In this document: positions 34,001 through 45,500 of the stretch, piece after piece
How the letters are laid out: each line of letters begins with the position of its first letter
Position numbering within the stretch: the first letter of the stretch is position 1
Assembly (NCBI GenBank): GCA_964016885.1
Contig: OZ024743.1
Location: forward strand, 139,562,001-139,626,000
From: Eledone cirrhosa
Taxonomy: Eukaryota
Length of the DNA: 64,000 nt
Direction: 5' to 3'
The notes under the pieces: generated by a model
Databases searched by the model: none
What the model saw: only the letters and a program-made list of their open reading frames with translations
What the model was told of the DNA's origin: nothing
Made by a program: the position numbers and the translations under genes

Positions 34001-37000
34001 GGTGCTTGGTGTTAGGTGTTTGGTGCTTGGTGCTTGGTGTCTGGTTTTTGGTGCTTGGTGCTTGGTGTTTGGTGCTTGGTGCTTGGTGTTTGGTGCCTGG
34101 TGCTTGGTGCTTGGTGCTTGGTGTTTGGTGTTTGGTGCTTGGTGTTTGGTGCTTGGTACTTGGTGCTTGGTGCTTGGTGTTAGGTGTTTGGTGCTTGGTG
34201 CTTGGTGTCTGGCTTTTGGTGCTTGGTGCTTGGTGTTTGGTGCTTGCTGCTGGCTGCTTGGTGTTTGGTGCTTGGTGATTGGTGCTTGGTGTTTGGTGTT
34301 TGGTGCTAGGTGCTTGGTGTTTGGTGCTTGGTGCTTGGTGTTAGGTGTTTGGTGCTTGGTGCTTGGTGTTTGGTGTTTGGTGCTTGGTGTTTGGTGTTTG
34401 GTGTTATATGCTTGGTGTTTGATGCTTGGTGCTTGGTGCTTGGTGTTTGGTGCTTGGTGTTTGATGCTTGGTGCTTGGTGCTTGGTGTTTGGTGCTTGGT
34501 GCTTGGTGTTTGTACTTGGTGCTTGGTGCTTGGTTCTTGGTGTTTGGTTCTTGGTGTTTGGTGTTTGGTGCTTGGTGTTTGGTGTTTGGTGTTATATGCT
34601 TGGTGTTTGATGCTTGGTGCTTGGTGCTTGGTGTTTGGTGCTTGGTGTTTGATGCTTGGTGCTTGGTGCTTGGTGTTTGGTGCTTGGTGCTTGGTGTTTG
34701 TACTTGGTGCTTGGTGCTTGGTTCTTGGTGTTTGGTGCTTGGTGCTTGGTGTTTGGTGCTTGGTGCTTGGTGTTTGGTGCTTAGTGTTTGGTGCTTGGTG
34801 TTTGGTGCTTGGTGCTTGGTGCTTAGTGCTTGGTGTTTGGTGCTTGGTGTTAGGTGTTTGGTGCTTGGTGCTTGGTGTTTGGTGTTTGGTGCTTGGTGTT
34901 TGGTGCTTGGTGTTTGGTGTTAGGTGTTTGGTGCTTGGTGTTTGGTGTTTGGTTCTTGGTGTTTGGTGCTTGGTGTTTGGTGCTTGGTGTTTGGTGCTTG
35001 GTACTTGGTGCTTGGTGCTTCGTGTTAGGTGTTTGGTGCTTGGTGCTTGGTGTTTGGTTTTTGGTGCTTGGTGCTTGGTGTTTGGTGTTTGGTGCTTGCT
35101 GCTGGCTGCTTGGTGTTTGATGCTTGGTGATTGGTGCTTGGTGTTTTGTGCTTGGTGTTTGGTGTTTGGTGCTAGGTGCTTGGTGTTTGGTGCTTGGTGC
35201 TTGGTGCTTGGTGTTTGGTGTTTGGTTTTAGGTGCTTGGTGCTTGGTGTTTGGTGCTTGGTGCTGGGTGGTTGGTGTTTAGTGCTTGGTGTTTGGTACTG
35301 GGTGCTTGGTGTTTGGTGCTTGGTGCTTGGTCTTTGGTGCTTGGTGTTTGGTGTTTGGTGCTTGGTGCTTGGTGCTTGGTGTTTGGTGCTTGGTGCTTGG
35401 TGTTTGGTGCTTGGTGCTTAGTGTTTGGTGCTTGGTGCTTAGTGTTTGGTGTTTGGTGCTTGGTGCTTGGTGTTTGGTGCTTACTGTTTGGTGCTTGGTG
35501 CTTGGTGTTTGGTGTTTGCTGTTTGCTGTTTGGTGTTTGTTGTTTGCTTTTTGGTGTTTGGTGTTTGCTGTATGTTGTTTGGTGTTTGGTGTTTGGTGTT
35601 CGGTGTTTGGTGCTTGTTGCTTGGTGTTTGGTGCTTGGTGCTTGGTGTTTGGTGCCTGGTGCTTGGTGCTTGGTGCTTGGTGTTTGGTGTTTGGTGCTTG
35701 GTGCTTGGAGTTTGGTGTTTGGTGCTTGGTGCTTGGTGTTTCGTGTTTCGTGTTTGGTTTTTGGTGCTTGGTGCTTGGTGCTTGGTCCTTGGTGTTTGGT
35801 GCTGGGTGCATTGTGTTTGGTGCTTGGTGCTTGGTGCTTGGTGTTTGGTGTTTGCTGCTTGGTGTTTGATGCTTGGTGCTTGGTGGTTGGTGTTTTGTGT
35901 TTGGTGCTTGGTGCTTGGTGTTTGGTGCTTGGTGCTTGGAGCTTGGTGTTTGTACTTGGTGCTTGGTGATTGGTGTTTGGTTCTTGGTTCTTGGTGTTTG
36001 GTGTTTGGCGTTTGGTGTTTGGTGTATTGGTGCTTGGTGTTTGGTGCTTGGTGCTTGGTGTTTGGTGCCTGGTGCTTGGTGCTTGGTGCTTGGTGTTTGG
36101 TGTTTGGTGCTTGGTGCTTGGTGCTTGGAGTTTGGTGTTTGGTGCTTGGTGCTTTGTGTTTTGTGTTTGGTGTTTGGTTTTTTGTGCTTGGTGCTTGGTC
36201 CTTGGTGTTTGGTGCTGGGTGCTTTGTGTTTTGTGCTTGGTGCTTGGTGTTTGGTGTTTGCTGCTTGGTGTTTGATGCTTGGTGCTTGGTGCTTGGTGTT
36301 TTGTTTTTGGTGCTTGGTTCTTGGTGTTTGGTGCTTGGTGCTTGGTACTTGGTGTTTGTACTTGTTGCTTGGTGCTTGGTGTTTGGTTCTTGGTTCTTGG
36401 TGTTTGGTACTTGGTGCTTGGTGCTTGATGTTTGGTGTTTGGTGCTTGGTGTTTGGTGCTTGGTACTTGGTGCATGGTGCTTGGTGTTAGGTGTTTGGTG
36501 CTTGGTGCTTGGTGTTTGGTTTTTGGTGCTTGGTGCTTGGTGTTTGGTGCTTGCTGCTGGCTGCTTGGTGTTTGATGCTTGGTGATTGGTGCTTGGTGTT
36601 TTGTGCTTGGTGTTTGGTGTTTGGTGCTAGGTGCTTGGTGTTTGGTGCTTGGTGCTTGGTGCTTGGTGTTTGGTGTTTGGTTTTAGGTGCTTGGTGCTTG
36701 GTGTTTGGTGCTTGGTGCTGGGTGGTTGGTGTTTAGTGCTTGGTGTTTGGTGCTGGGTGCTTGGTCTTTGGTGCTTGGTGCTTGGTCTTTGGTGCTTGGT
36801 GTTTGGTGTTTGGTGCTTGGTGCTTGGTGCTTGGTGTTTGGTGCTTGGTGCTTGGTGTTTGGTGCTTGGTGCTTAGTGTTTGGTGCTTGGTGCTTAGTGT
36901 TTGGTGTTTGGTGCTTGGTGCTTGGTGTTTGGTGCTTACTGTTTGGTGCTTGGTGCTTGGTGTTTGGTGTTTGCTGTTTGCTGTTTGGTGTTTGTTGTTT

Positions 37001-38400
37001 GGTGTTTGTTGTTTGGTGTTTGCTGTTTGGTGTTTGGTGTTTGCTTTTTGGTGTTTGGTGTTTGCTGTATGTTGTTTGGTGTTTGGTGTTTGGTGTTCGG
37101 TGTTTGGTGCTTGTTGCTTGGTGTTTGGTGCTTGGTGCTTGGTGTTTGGTGCCTGGTGCTTGGTGCTTGGTGCTTGGTGTTTGGTGTTTGGTGCTTGGTG
37201 CTTGGAGTTTGGTGTTTGGTGCTTGGTGCTTGGTGTTTCGTGTTTCGTGTTTGGTTTTTGGTGCTTGGTGCTTGGTGCTTGGTCCTTGGTGTTTGGTGCT
37301 GGGTGCATTGTGTTTGGTGCTTGGTGCTTGGTGCTTGGTGTTTGGTGTTTGCTGCTTGGTGTTTGATGCTTGGTGCTTGGTGGTTGGTGTTTTGTGTTTG
37401 GTGCTTGGTGCTTGGTGTTTGGTGCTTGGTGCTTGGAGCTTGGTGTTTGTACTTGGTGCTTGGTGATTGGTGTTTGGTTCTTGGTTCTTGGTGTTTGGTG
37501 TTTGGCGTTTGGTGTTTGGTGTATTGGTGCTTGGTGTTTGGTGCTTGGTGCTTGGTGTTTGGTGCCTGGTGCTTGGTGCTTGGTGCTTGGTGTTTGGTGT
37601 TTGGTGCTTGGTGCTTGGTGCTTGGAGTTTGGTGTTTGGTGCTTGGTGCTTTGTGTTTTGTGTTTGGTGTTTGGTTTTTTGTGCTTGGTGCTTGGTCCTT
37701 GGTGTTTGGTGCTGGGTGCTTTGTGTTTTGTGCTTGGTGCTTGGTGTTTGGTGTTTGCTGCTTGGTGTTTGATGCTTGGTGCTTGGTGCTTGGTGTTTTG
37801 TTTTTGGTGCTTGGTTCTTGGTGTTTGGTGCTTGGTGCTTGGTACTTGGTGTTTGTACTTGTTGCTTGGTGCTTGGTGTTTGGTTCTTGGTTCTTGGTGT
37901 TTGGTACTTGGTGCTTGGTGCTTGATGTTTGGTGTTTGGTGCTTGGTGTTTGGTGCTTGGTACTTGGTGCATGGTGCTTGGTGTTAGGTGTTTGGTGCTT
38001 GGTGCTTGGTGTTTGGTTTTTGGTGCTTGGTGCTTGGTGTTTGGTGTTTGGTGCTTGCTGCTGGCTGCTTGGTGTTTGATGCTTGGTGATTGGTGCTTTT
38101 TTTTTTTTTGCTTGGTGTTTGGTGTTTGGTGCTAGGTGCTTGGTGTTTGGTGCTTGGTGCTTGGTGCTTGGTGTTTGGTGTTTGGTGTTAGGTGCTTGAT
38201 GCTTGGTGTTTGGTGCTTGGTGCTGGGTGGTTGGTGTTTAGTGCTTGGTGTTTGGTGCAGGGTGCTTGGTGTTTGGTGCTTGGTGCTTGGTCTTTGGTGC
38301 TTGGTGTTTGGTGTTTGGTGCTTGGTGCTTGGTGCTTGGTGTTTGGTGCTTGGTGCTTGGTGTTTGGTGCTTGGTGCTTAGTGTTTGGTGCTTGGTGCTT
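31070..38400 (+). repeat. Higher-order repeats with offsets 3308/3266 bp and 1455/1497 bp (boundaries approximate)
   Basis: ORFs 31546/34854 and 31868/35176 (3308), 32607/35873 (3266, after a 42-bp deletion), 35176/36631 (1455) and 35873/37370 (1497). The 8-bp monomer TTGGTGTA ends at 32760, 36026 and 37523. Confidence 0.83.
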
Positions 38401-41400
38401 AGTGTTTGGTGCTAGGTGCTTGGTGTTTGGTGCTTGGTGCTTGGTGTGTGGTGCCTGGTGCTTGGTGTTTGGTGTTTGGTGTTTGGTGCTTGGTGCTTGG
38501 TGTTTGGTGTTTGCTGTTTGCTGTTTGGTGTTTGTTGTTTGGTGTTTGTTGTTTGGTGTTTGCTGTTTGGTGTTTGGTGTTTGCTTTTTGGTTTTTGGTG
38601 TTTGCTGTATGTTGTTTGCTGTTTGGTGTTTGGTGTTTGGTGTTTGGTGCTTGGTGCTTGGTGTTTGGTGCTTGGTGCTTGGTGTTTGGTGCCTGGTGCT
38701 TGGTGCTTGGTGCTTGGTGTTTGGTGTTTGGTGCTTGGTGCTTGGAGTTTGGTGTTTGGTGCTTGGTGCTTGGTGTTTCGTGTTTCGTGTTTGGTTTTTG
38801 GTGCTTGGTGCTTGGTGCTTGGTCCTTGGTGTTTGGTGCTGGGTGCATTGTGTTTGGTGCTTGGTGCTTGGTGCTTGGTGTTTGGTGTTTGCTGCTTGGT
38901 GTTTGATGCTTGGTGCTTGGTGCTTGGTGCTTAGTGTTTGGTGCTTGGTGCTTGGTGTTTGGTGCTTGGTGCTTTGTGCTTGGTGTTTGTACTTGGTGCT
39001 TGGTGTTTGGTTCTTGGTTCTTGGTGTTTGGTGTTTGGCGTTTGGTGTTTGGTGCTTGGTGCTTGGTGTTTGGTGCTTGGTGCTTGGTGTTTGGTGCCTG
39101 GTGCTTGGTGCTTGGTGCTTGGTGTTTGGTGTTTGGTGCTTGGTGCTTGGTGTTTGGAGTTTGGTGTTTGGTGCTTGGTGCTTTGTGTTTTGTGTTTGGT
39201 GTTTGGTTTTTGGTGCTTGGTGCTTGGTCCTTGGTGTTTGGTGCTGGGTGCTTTGTGTTTGGTGCTTGGTGCTTGGTGTTTGGTGTTTGCTGCTTGGTGT
39301 TTGATGCTTGGTGCTTGGTGCTTGGTGTTTTGTGTTTGGTGCTTGGTGTTTGTACTTGGTGCTTGGTGCTTGGTGTTTGGTTCTTGGTTCTTGGTGTTTG
39401 GTACTTGGTGCTTGGTGCTTGATGTTTGGTGTTTGGTGCTTGGTGTTTGGTGCTTGGTGCTTGGTGCTTGGTGTTAGGTGTTTGGTGCTTGGTCCTTGGT
39501 GTTTGGTGCTTGGTGTTTGGTGTTTGCTGTTAGGTGTTTGGTGTTTGGTGTTTGGTGTTTGCTGTTTGGTGTCTGCTTTTTGGTGTTCAGTGTTTGCTGT
39601 ATGGTGTTTGGTGTTTGCTGTTTGCTGTTTGGTCTTTGGTGCTTGGTGTTTGGTGCTTGGTGCTTGGTGCTTGGTGTTTGGTGCTTGGTGCTTGGTCTTT
39701 GGTGCTTGGTGTTTGGTGTTTGGTGCTTGGTGCTTGGTGCTTGGTGTTTGGTGCTTGGTGCTTGGTGTTTGGTGCTTGGTGCTTAGTGTTTGGTGCTTGG
39801 TGCTTAGTGTTTGGTGTTTGGTGCTTGGTGCTTGGTGTTTGGTGCTTACTGTTTGGTGCTTGGTGCTTGGTGTTTGGTGTTTGCTGTTTGCTGTTTGGTG
39901 TTTGTTGTTTGGTGTTTGTTGTTTGGTGTTTGCTGTTTGGTGTTTGGTGTTTGCTTTTTGGTGTTTGGTGTTTGCTGTATGTTGTTTGGTGTTTGGTGTT
40001 TGGTGTTCGGTGTTTGGTGCTTGTTGCTTGGTGTTTGGTGCTTGGTGCTTGGTGTTTGGTGCCTGGTGCTTGGTGCTTGGTGCTTGGTGTTTGGTGTTTG
40101 GTGCTTGGTGCTTGGAGTTTGGTGTTTGGTGCTTGGTGCTTGGTGTTTCGTGTTTCGTGTTTGGTTTTTGGTGCTTGGTGCTTGGTGCTTGGTCCTTGGT
40201 GTTTGGTGCTGGGTGCATTGTGTTTGGTGCTTGGTGCTTGGTGCTTGGTGTTTGGTGTTTGCTGCTTGGTGTTTGATGCTTGGTGCTTGGTGGTTGGTGT
40301 TTTGTGTTTGGTGCTTGGTGCTTGGTGTTTGGTGCTTGGTGCTTGGAGCTTGGTGTTTGTACTTGGTGCTTGGTGATTGGTGTTTGGTTCTTGGTTCTTG
40401 GTGTTTGGTGTTTGGCGTTTGGTGTTTGGTGTATTGGTGCTTGGTGTTTGGTGCTTGGTGCTTGGTGTTTGGTGCCTGGTGCTTGGTGCTTGGTGCTTGG
40501 TGTTTGGTGTTTGGTGCTTGGTGCTTGGTGCTTGGAGTTTGGTGTTTGGTGCTTGGTGCTTTGTGTTTTGTGTTTGGTGTTTGGTTTTTTGTGCTTGGTG
40601 CTTGGTCCTTGGTGTTTGGTGCTGGGTGCTTTGTGTTTTGTGCTTGGTGCTTGGTGTTTGGTGTTTGCTGCTTGGTGTTTGATGCTTGGTGCTTGGTGCT
40701 TGGTGTTTTGTTTTTGGTGCTTGGTTCTTGGTGTTTGGTGCTTGGTGCTTGGTACTTGGTGTTTGTACTTGTTGCTTGGTGCTTGGTGTTTGGTTCTTGG
40801 TTCTTGGTGTTTGGTACTTGGTGCTTGGTGCTTGATGTTTGGTGTTTGGTGCTTGGTGTTTGGTGCTTGGTACTTGGTGCATGGTGCTTGGTGTTAGGTG
40901 TTTGGTGCTTGGTGCTTGGTGTTTGGTTTTTGGTGCTTGGTGCTTGGTGTTTGGTGTTTGGTGCTTGCTGCTGGCTGCTTGGTGTTTGATGCTTGGTGAT
41001 TGGTGCTTGGTGTTTTGTGCTTGGTGTTTGGTGTTTGGTGCTAGGTGCTTGGTGTTTGGTGCTTGGTGCTTGGTGCTTGGTGTTTGGTGTTTGGTGTTAG
41101 GTGCTTGATGCTTGGTGTTTGGTGCTTGGTGCTGGGTGGTTGGTGTTTAGTGCTTGGTGTTTGGTGCAGGGTGCTTGGTGTTTGGTGCTTGGTGCTTGGT
41201 CTTTGGTGCTTGGTGTTTGGTGTTTGGTGCTTGGTGCTTGGTGCTTGGTGTTTGGTGCTTGGTGCTTGGTGTTTGGTGCTTGGTGCTTAGTGTTTGGTGC
41301 TTGGTGCTTAGTGTTTGGTGCTAGGTGCTTGGTGTTTGGTGCTTGGTGCTTGGTGTGTCGTGCCTGGTGCTTGGTGTTTGGTGTTTGGTGTTTGGTGCTT

Positions 41401-42580
41401 GGTGCTTGGTGTTTGGTGTTTGCTGTTTGCTGTTTGGTGTTTGTTGTTTGGTGTTTGTTGTTTGGTGTTTGCTGTTTGGTGTTTGGTGTTTGCTTTTTGG
41501 TGTTTGGTGTTTGCTGTATGTTGTTTGCTGTTTGGTGTTTGGTGTTTGGTGTTTGGTGCTTGGTGCTTGGTGTTTGGTGCTTGGTGCTTGGTGTTTGGTG
41601 CCTGGTGCTTGGTGCTTGGTGCTTGGTGTTTGGTGTTTGGTGCTTGGTGCTTGGAGTTTGGTGTTTGGTGCTTGGTGCTTGGTGTTTCGTGTTTTGTGTT
41701 TGGTTTTTGGTGCTTGGTGCTTGGTGCTTGGTCCTTGGTGTTTGGTGCTGGGTGCATTGTGTTTGGTGCTTGGTGATTGGTGCTTGGTGTTTGGTGTTTG
41801 CTGCTTGGTGTTTGATGCTTGGTGCTTGGTGCTTGGTGCTTAGTGTTTGGTGCTTGGTGCTTGGTGTTTGGTGCTTGGTGCTTTGTGCTTGGTGTTTGTA
41901 CTTGGTGCTTGGTGTTTGGTTCTTGGTTCTTGGTGTTTGGTGTTTGGCGTTTGGTGTTTGGTGCTTGGTGCTTGGTGTTTGGTGCTTGGTGCTTGGTGTT
42001 TGGTGCCTGGTGCTTGGTGCTTGGTGCTTGGTGTTTGGTGTTTGGTGCTTGGTGCTTGGTGTTTGGAGTTTGGTGTTTGGTGCTTGGTGCTTTGTGTTTT
42101 GTGTTTGTGGTTTGGTTTTTGGTGCTTGGTGCTTGGTCCTTGGTGTTTGGTGCTGGGTGCTTTGTGTTTGGTGCTTGGTGCTTGGTGTTTGGTGTTTGCT
42201 GCTTGGTGTTTGATGCTTGGTGCTTGGTGCTTGGTGTTTTGTGTTTGGTGCTTGGTGTTTGTACTTGGTGCTTGGTGCTTGGTGTTTGGTTCTTGGTTCT
42301 TGGTGTTTGGTACTTGGTGCTTGGTGCTTGATGTTTGGTGTTTGGTGCTTGGTGTTTGGTGCTTGGTGCTTGGTGCTTGGTGTTAGGTGTTTGGTGCTTG
42401 GTCCTTGGTGTTTGGTGCTTGGTGTTTGGTGTTTGCTGTTAGGTGTTTGGTGTTTGGTGTTTGGTGTTTGCTGTTTGGTGTCTGCTTTTTGGTGTTCAGT
42501 GTTTGCTGTATGGTGTTTGGTGTTTGCTGTTTGGTGTTTGGTCTTTGGTGCTTGGTGTTTGGTGCTTGGTGCTTGGTGTT
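36770..42580 (+). repeat. Tandem higher-order repeat, period 2909-2910 bp (boundaries approximate)
   Basis: ORFs 36901/39811 and 37370/40280 (2910); 38136/41045, 38192/41101 and 39478/42387 (2909). Private markers ggtgcaggg and gttcagtg. Confidence 0.9.
38097..38109 (+). other. T13 homopolymer interrupting the satellite
   Basis: tggtgc-T13-gcttgg. The paralogous copy near 41007-41018 has ttggtgttttgt (12 nt) at this position. Confidence 0.85.
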
Positions 42581-45500
42581 TGGTGTTTGGTGTTTGGTGC
42601 TTGGTGTTTGGTGTTTGGTGCTTGGTGTTTGGTGTTTGGTGCTTGGTGTCTGGTGCTTGGTGTTTGGTTTTTGGTGCTTGGTGTTTGGTGTTTGGTGTTT
42701 GGTGTTTGGTGTTTGGTGCTGGGTGCTTGGTGTTTGGTGTTTCGTGTTTGGTGCTTGGTGTCTGGTGCTTGGTGTTTGGTGTTTGGTGCTTGGTGTTTGG
42801 TGTTTGGTGTTTGGTGCTTGGTGCTTGGTGCGTGGTGTTTGGTGTTTGGTGCTTGGTGTTTGGTGCTTGGTGCTGGGTGGTTGGTGTTTGGTGCTTGGTG
42901 TTTGGTGCTGGGTGCTTGGTGTTTGGTGCTGGGGGCTTGGTGTTTGGTGCTTGGTGCTTGGTCTTTGCTGCTTGGTGTTTGGTGCTTGGTGCTTGGTGTT
43001 TGGTGTTTGGTGCTTGGTGCTTGGTGTTTGGTGCTTCGTGCTTGGTGTTTGGTTTTTGGTGCTTGGTGCTTGGTGTTTGGTGTTTGGTGCTTGCTGCTGG
43101 CTGCTTGGTGTTTGATGCATGGTGATTGGTGCTTGGTGTTTGGTGCTTGGTGTTTGGTGTTTGATGCTTGGTGCTTGGTGTTTGGTGATTGGTGCTTGGT
43201 GCTTGGTGCTTGGTGCTTGGTGTTTGGTGCTTGGTACTTGGTGTTTGGTGCTTGGTGCTTGGTGTTTGGTTTTTGGTGCTTGGTGTTTGGTGTTTGGTGT
43301 TTGGTGCTTGCTGCTGGCTGCTTGTTGTTTGATGCATGGTGATTTGTGCTTGGTGTTTGGTGCTTGGTGTTTGGTGTTTGATGCTTGGTGCTTGGTGTTT
43401 GGTGTTTGATGCTTGGTGCTTGGTGCTTGGTGCTTGGTGTTTGGTGCTTGGTGTTTGGTGCTTGGTGATTGGTGTTTGTACTTGGTGCTTGGTGCTTGGT
43501 TCTTGGTGTTTGGTGCTTGGTGCTTGGTGTTTGGTGTTATATGCTTGGTGTTTGATGCTTGGTGCTTGGTGCTTGGTGTTTGGTGTTTGGTGTTTGATGC
43601 TTGGTGCTTGGTGTTTGGTGCTTGGTGCTTGGTGTTTGTACTTGGTGCTTGGTGCTTGGTGCTTGGTGTTTGGTGCTTGGTGTTTGGTGCTTGGTGTTTG
43701 GTGCTTGGTGTTACGTGTTTGGTGCTTGGTGCTTGGTGTTTGGTGTTTGGTGCTTGGTGTTTGGTGTTTGGTGCTTGGTGTTTGGTGCTTTTTGCTTGGT
43801 GCTTGGTGCTTGGTGTTTGGTGCTGGGTGCTTGGTGCTTGGTGTTTGGTGTTATATGCTTGGTGTTTGATGCTTGGTGCTTGGTGCTTGGTGTTGTGTGT
43901 TTGGTGCTTGGTGTTTGATGCTTGGTGCTTGGTGCTTGGTGTTTGGTGCTTGGTGCTTGGTGTTTGGTGCATGGTGCTTGGTGCTTGGTGCTTGGTGTTT
44001 GGTGGTTGGTGCTTGGTGTTAGGTGTTTGGTGCTTGGTGCTTGGTGTTTGGTGTTTGGTGCTTGGTGTTTGGTGTTTGGTGCTTGGTGTTTGGTGCTTGG
44101 TACTTGGTGCTTGGTGTTAGGTGTTTGGTGCTTGGTGCTTGGTGTCTGGTTTTTGGTGCTTGGTGCTTGGTGTTTGGTGCTTGCTGCTGGCTGCTTGGTG
44201 TTTGGTGCTTGGTGATTGGTGCTTGGTGTTTGGTGTTTGGTGCTAGGTGCTTGGTGTTTGGTGCTTGGTGCTTGGTGTTTGTACTTGGTGCTTGGTGCTT
44301 GGTTCTTGGTGTTTGGTGCTTGGTGCTTGGTGTTTGGTGCTTGGTGCTTGGTGTTTGGTGCTTGGTGTTTGGTGCTTGGTGTTTATTGCTTGGTGCTTGG
44401 TGCTTGGTGTTTGGTGCTTGGTGTTTGGTGCTTGGTGTTTGGTGGTTGGTGTTTGGTGTTTGGTGTTATATGCTTGGTGTTTGATGCTTGGTGCTTGGTG
44501 CTTGGTGTTTGGTGCTTGGTGTTTGATGCTTGGTGCTTGGTGCTTGGTGTTTGGTGCTTGGTGCTTGGTGTTTGTACTTGGTGCTTGGTGCTTGGTTCTT
44601 GGTGTTTGGTGCTTGGTGTTTGGTGTTTGGTGCTTGGTGTTTGGTGTTTGGTGTTATATGCTTGGTGTTTGATGCTTGGTGCTTGGTGCTTGGTGTTTGG
44701 TGCTTGGTGTTTGATGCTTGGTGCTTGGTGCTTGGTGTTTGGTGCTTGGTGCTTGGTGTTTGGTGCTTGGTGCTTGGTGTTTGTACTTGGTGCTTGGTGC
44801 TTGGTTCTTGGTGTTTGGTGCTTGGTGCTTGGTGTTTGGTGCTTGGTGCTCAGTGTTTGGTGCTTGGTGTTTGGTGCTTGGTGTTTGGTGCTTGGTGCTT
44901 GGTGCTTAGTGCTTGGTGTTTGGTGCTTGGTGTTAGGTGTTTGGTGCTTGGTGCTTGGTGTTTGGTGTTTGGTACTTGGTGTTTGGTGCTTGGTGTTTGG
45001 TGTTAGGTGTCTGGTGCTTGGTGTTTGATGTTTGGTGCTTGGTGTTTGGTGCTTGGTGTTTGGTGCTTGGTGTTTGGTGCTTGGTACTTGGTGCTTGGTG
45101 CTTCGTGTTAGGTGTTTGGTGCTTGGTGCTTGGTGTTTGGTTTTTGGTGCTTGGTGCTTGGTGTTTGGTGTTTGGTGCTTGCTGCTGGCTGCTTGGTCTT
45201 TGATGCTTGGTGATTGGTGCTTGGTGTTTTGTGCTTGGTGTTTGGTGTTTGGTGCTAGGTGCTTGGTGTTTGGTGCTTGGTGCTTGGTGCTTGATGTTTG
45301 GTGTTTGGTGTTAGGTGCGTGGTGCTTGGTGTTTGGTGCTTGGTGCTGGGTGGTTGGTGTTTAGTGCTTGGTGTTTGGTGCTGGGTGCTTGGTGTTTGGT
45401 GCTTGGTGCTTGGTCTTTGGTGCTTGGTGTTTGGTGTTTGGTGCTTGGTGCTTGGTGCTTGGTGTTTGGTGCTTGGTGCTTGGTGTTTGGTGCTTGGTGC

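Noticed and set aside
38097-38109. Poly(A) tail of a retroelement insertion on the minus strand
   Set aside because: There is no element body, and the T13 replaces 12 bp of satellite rather than being inserted with a target-site duplication.
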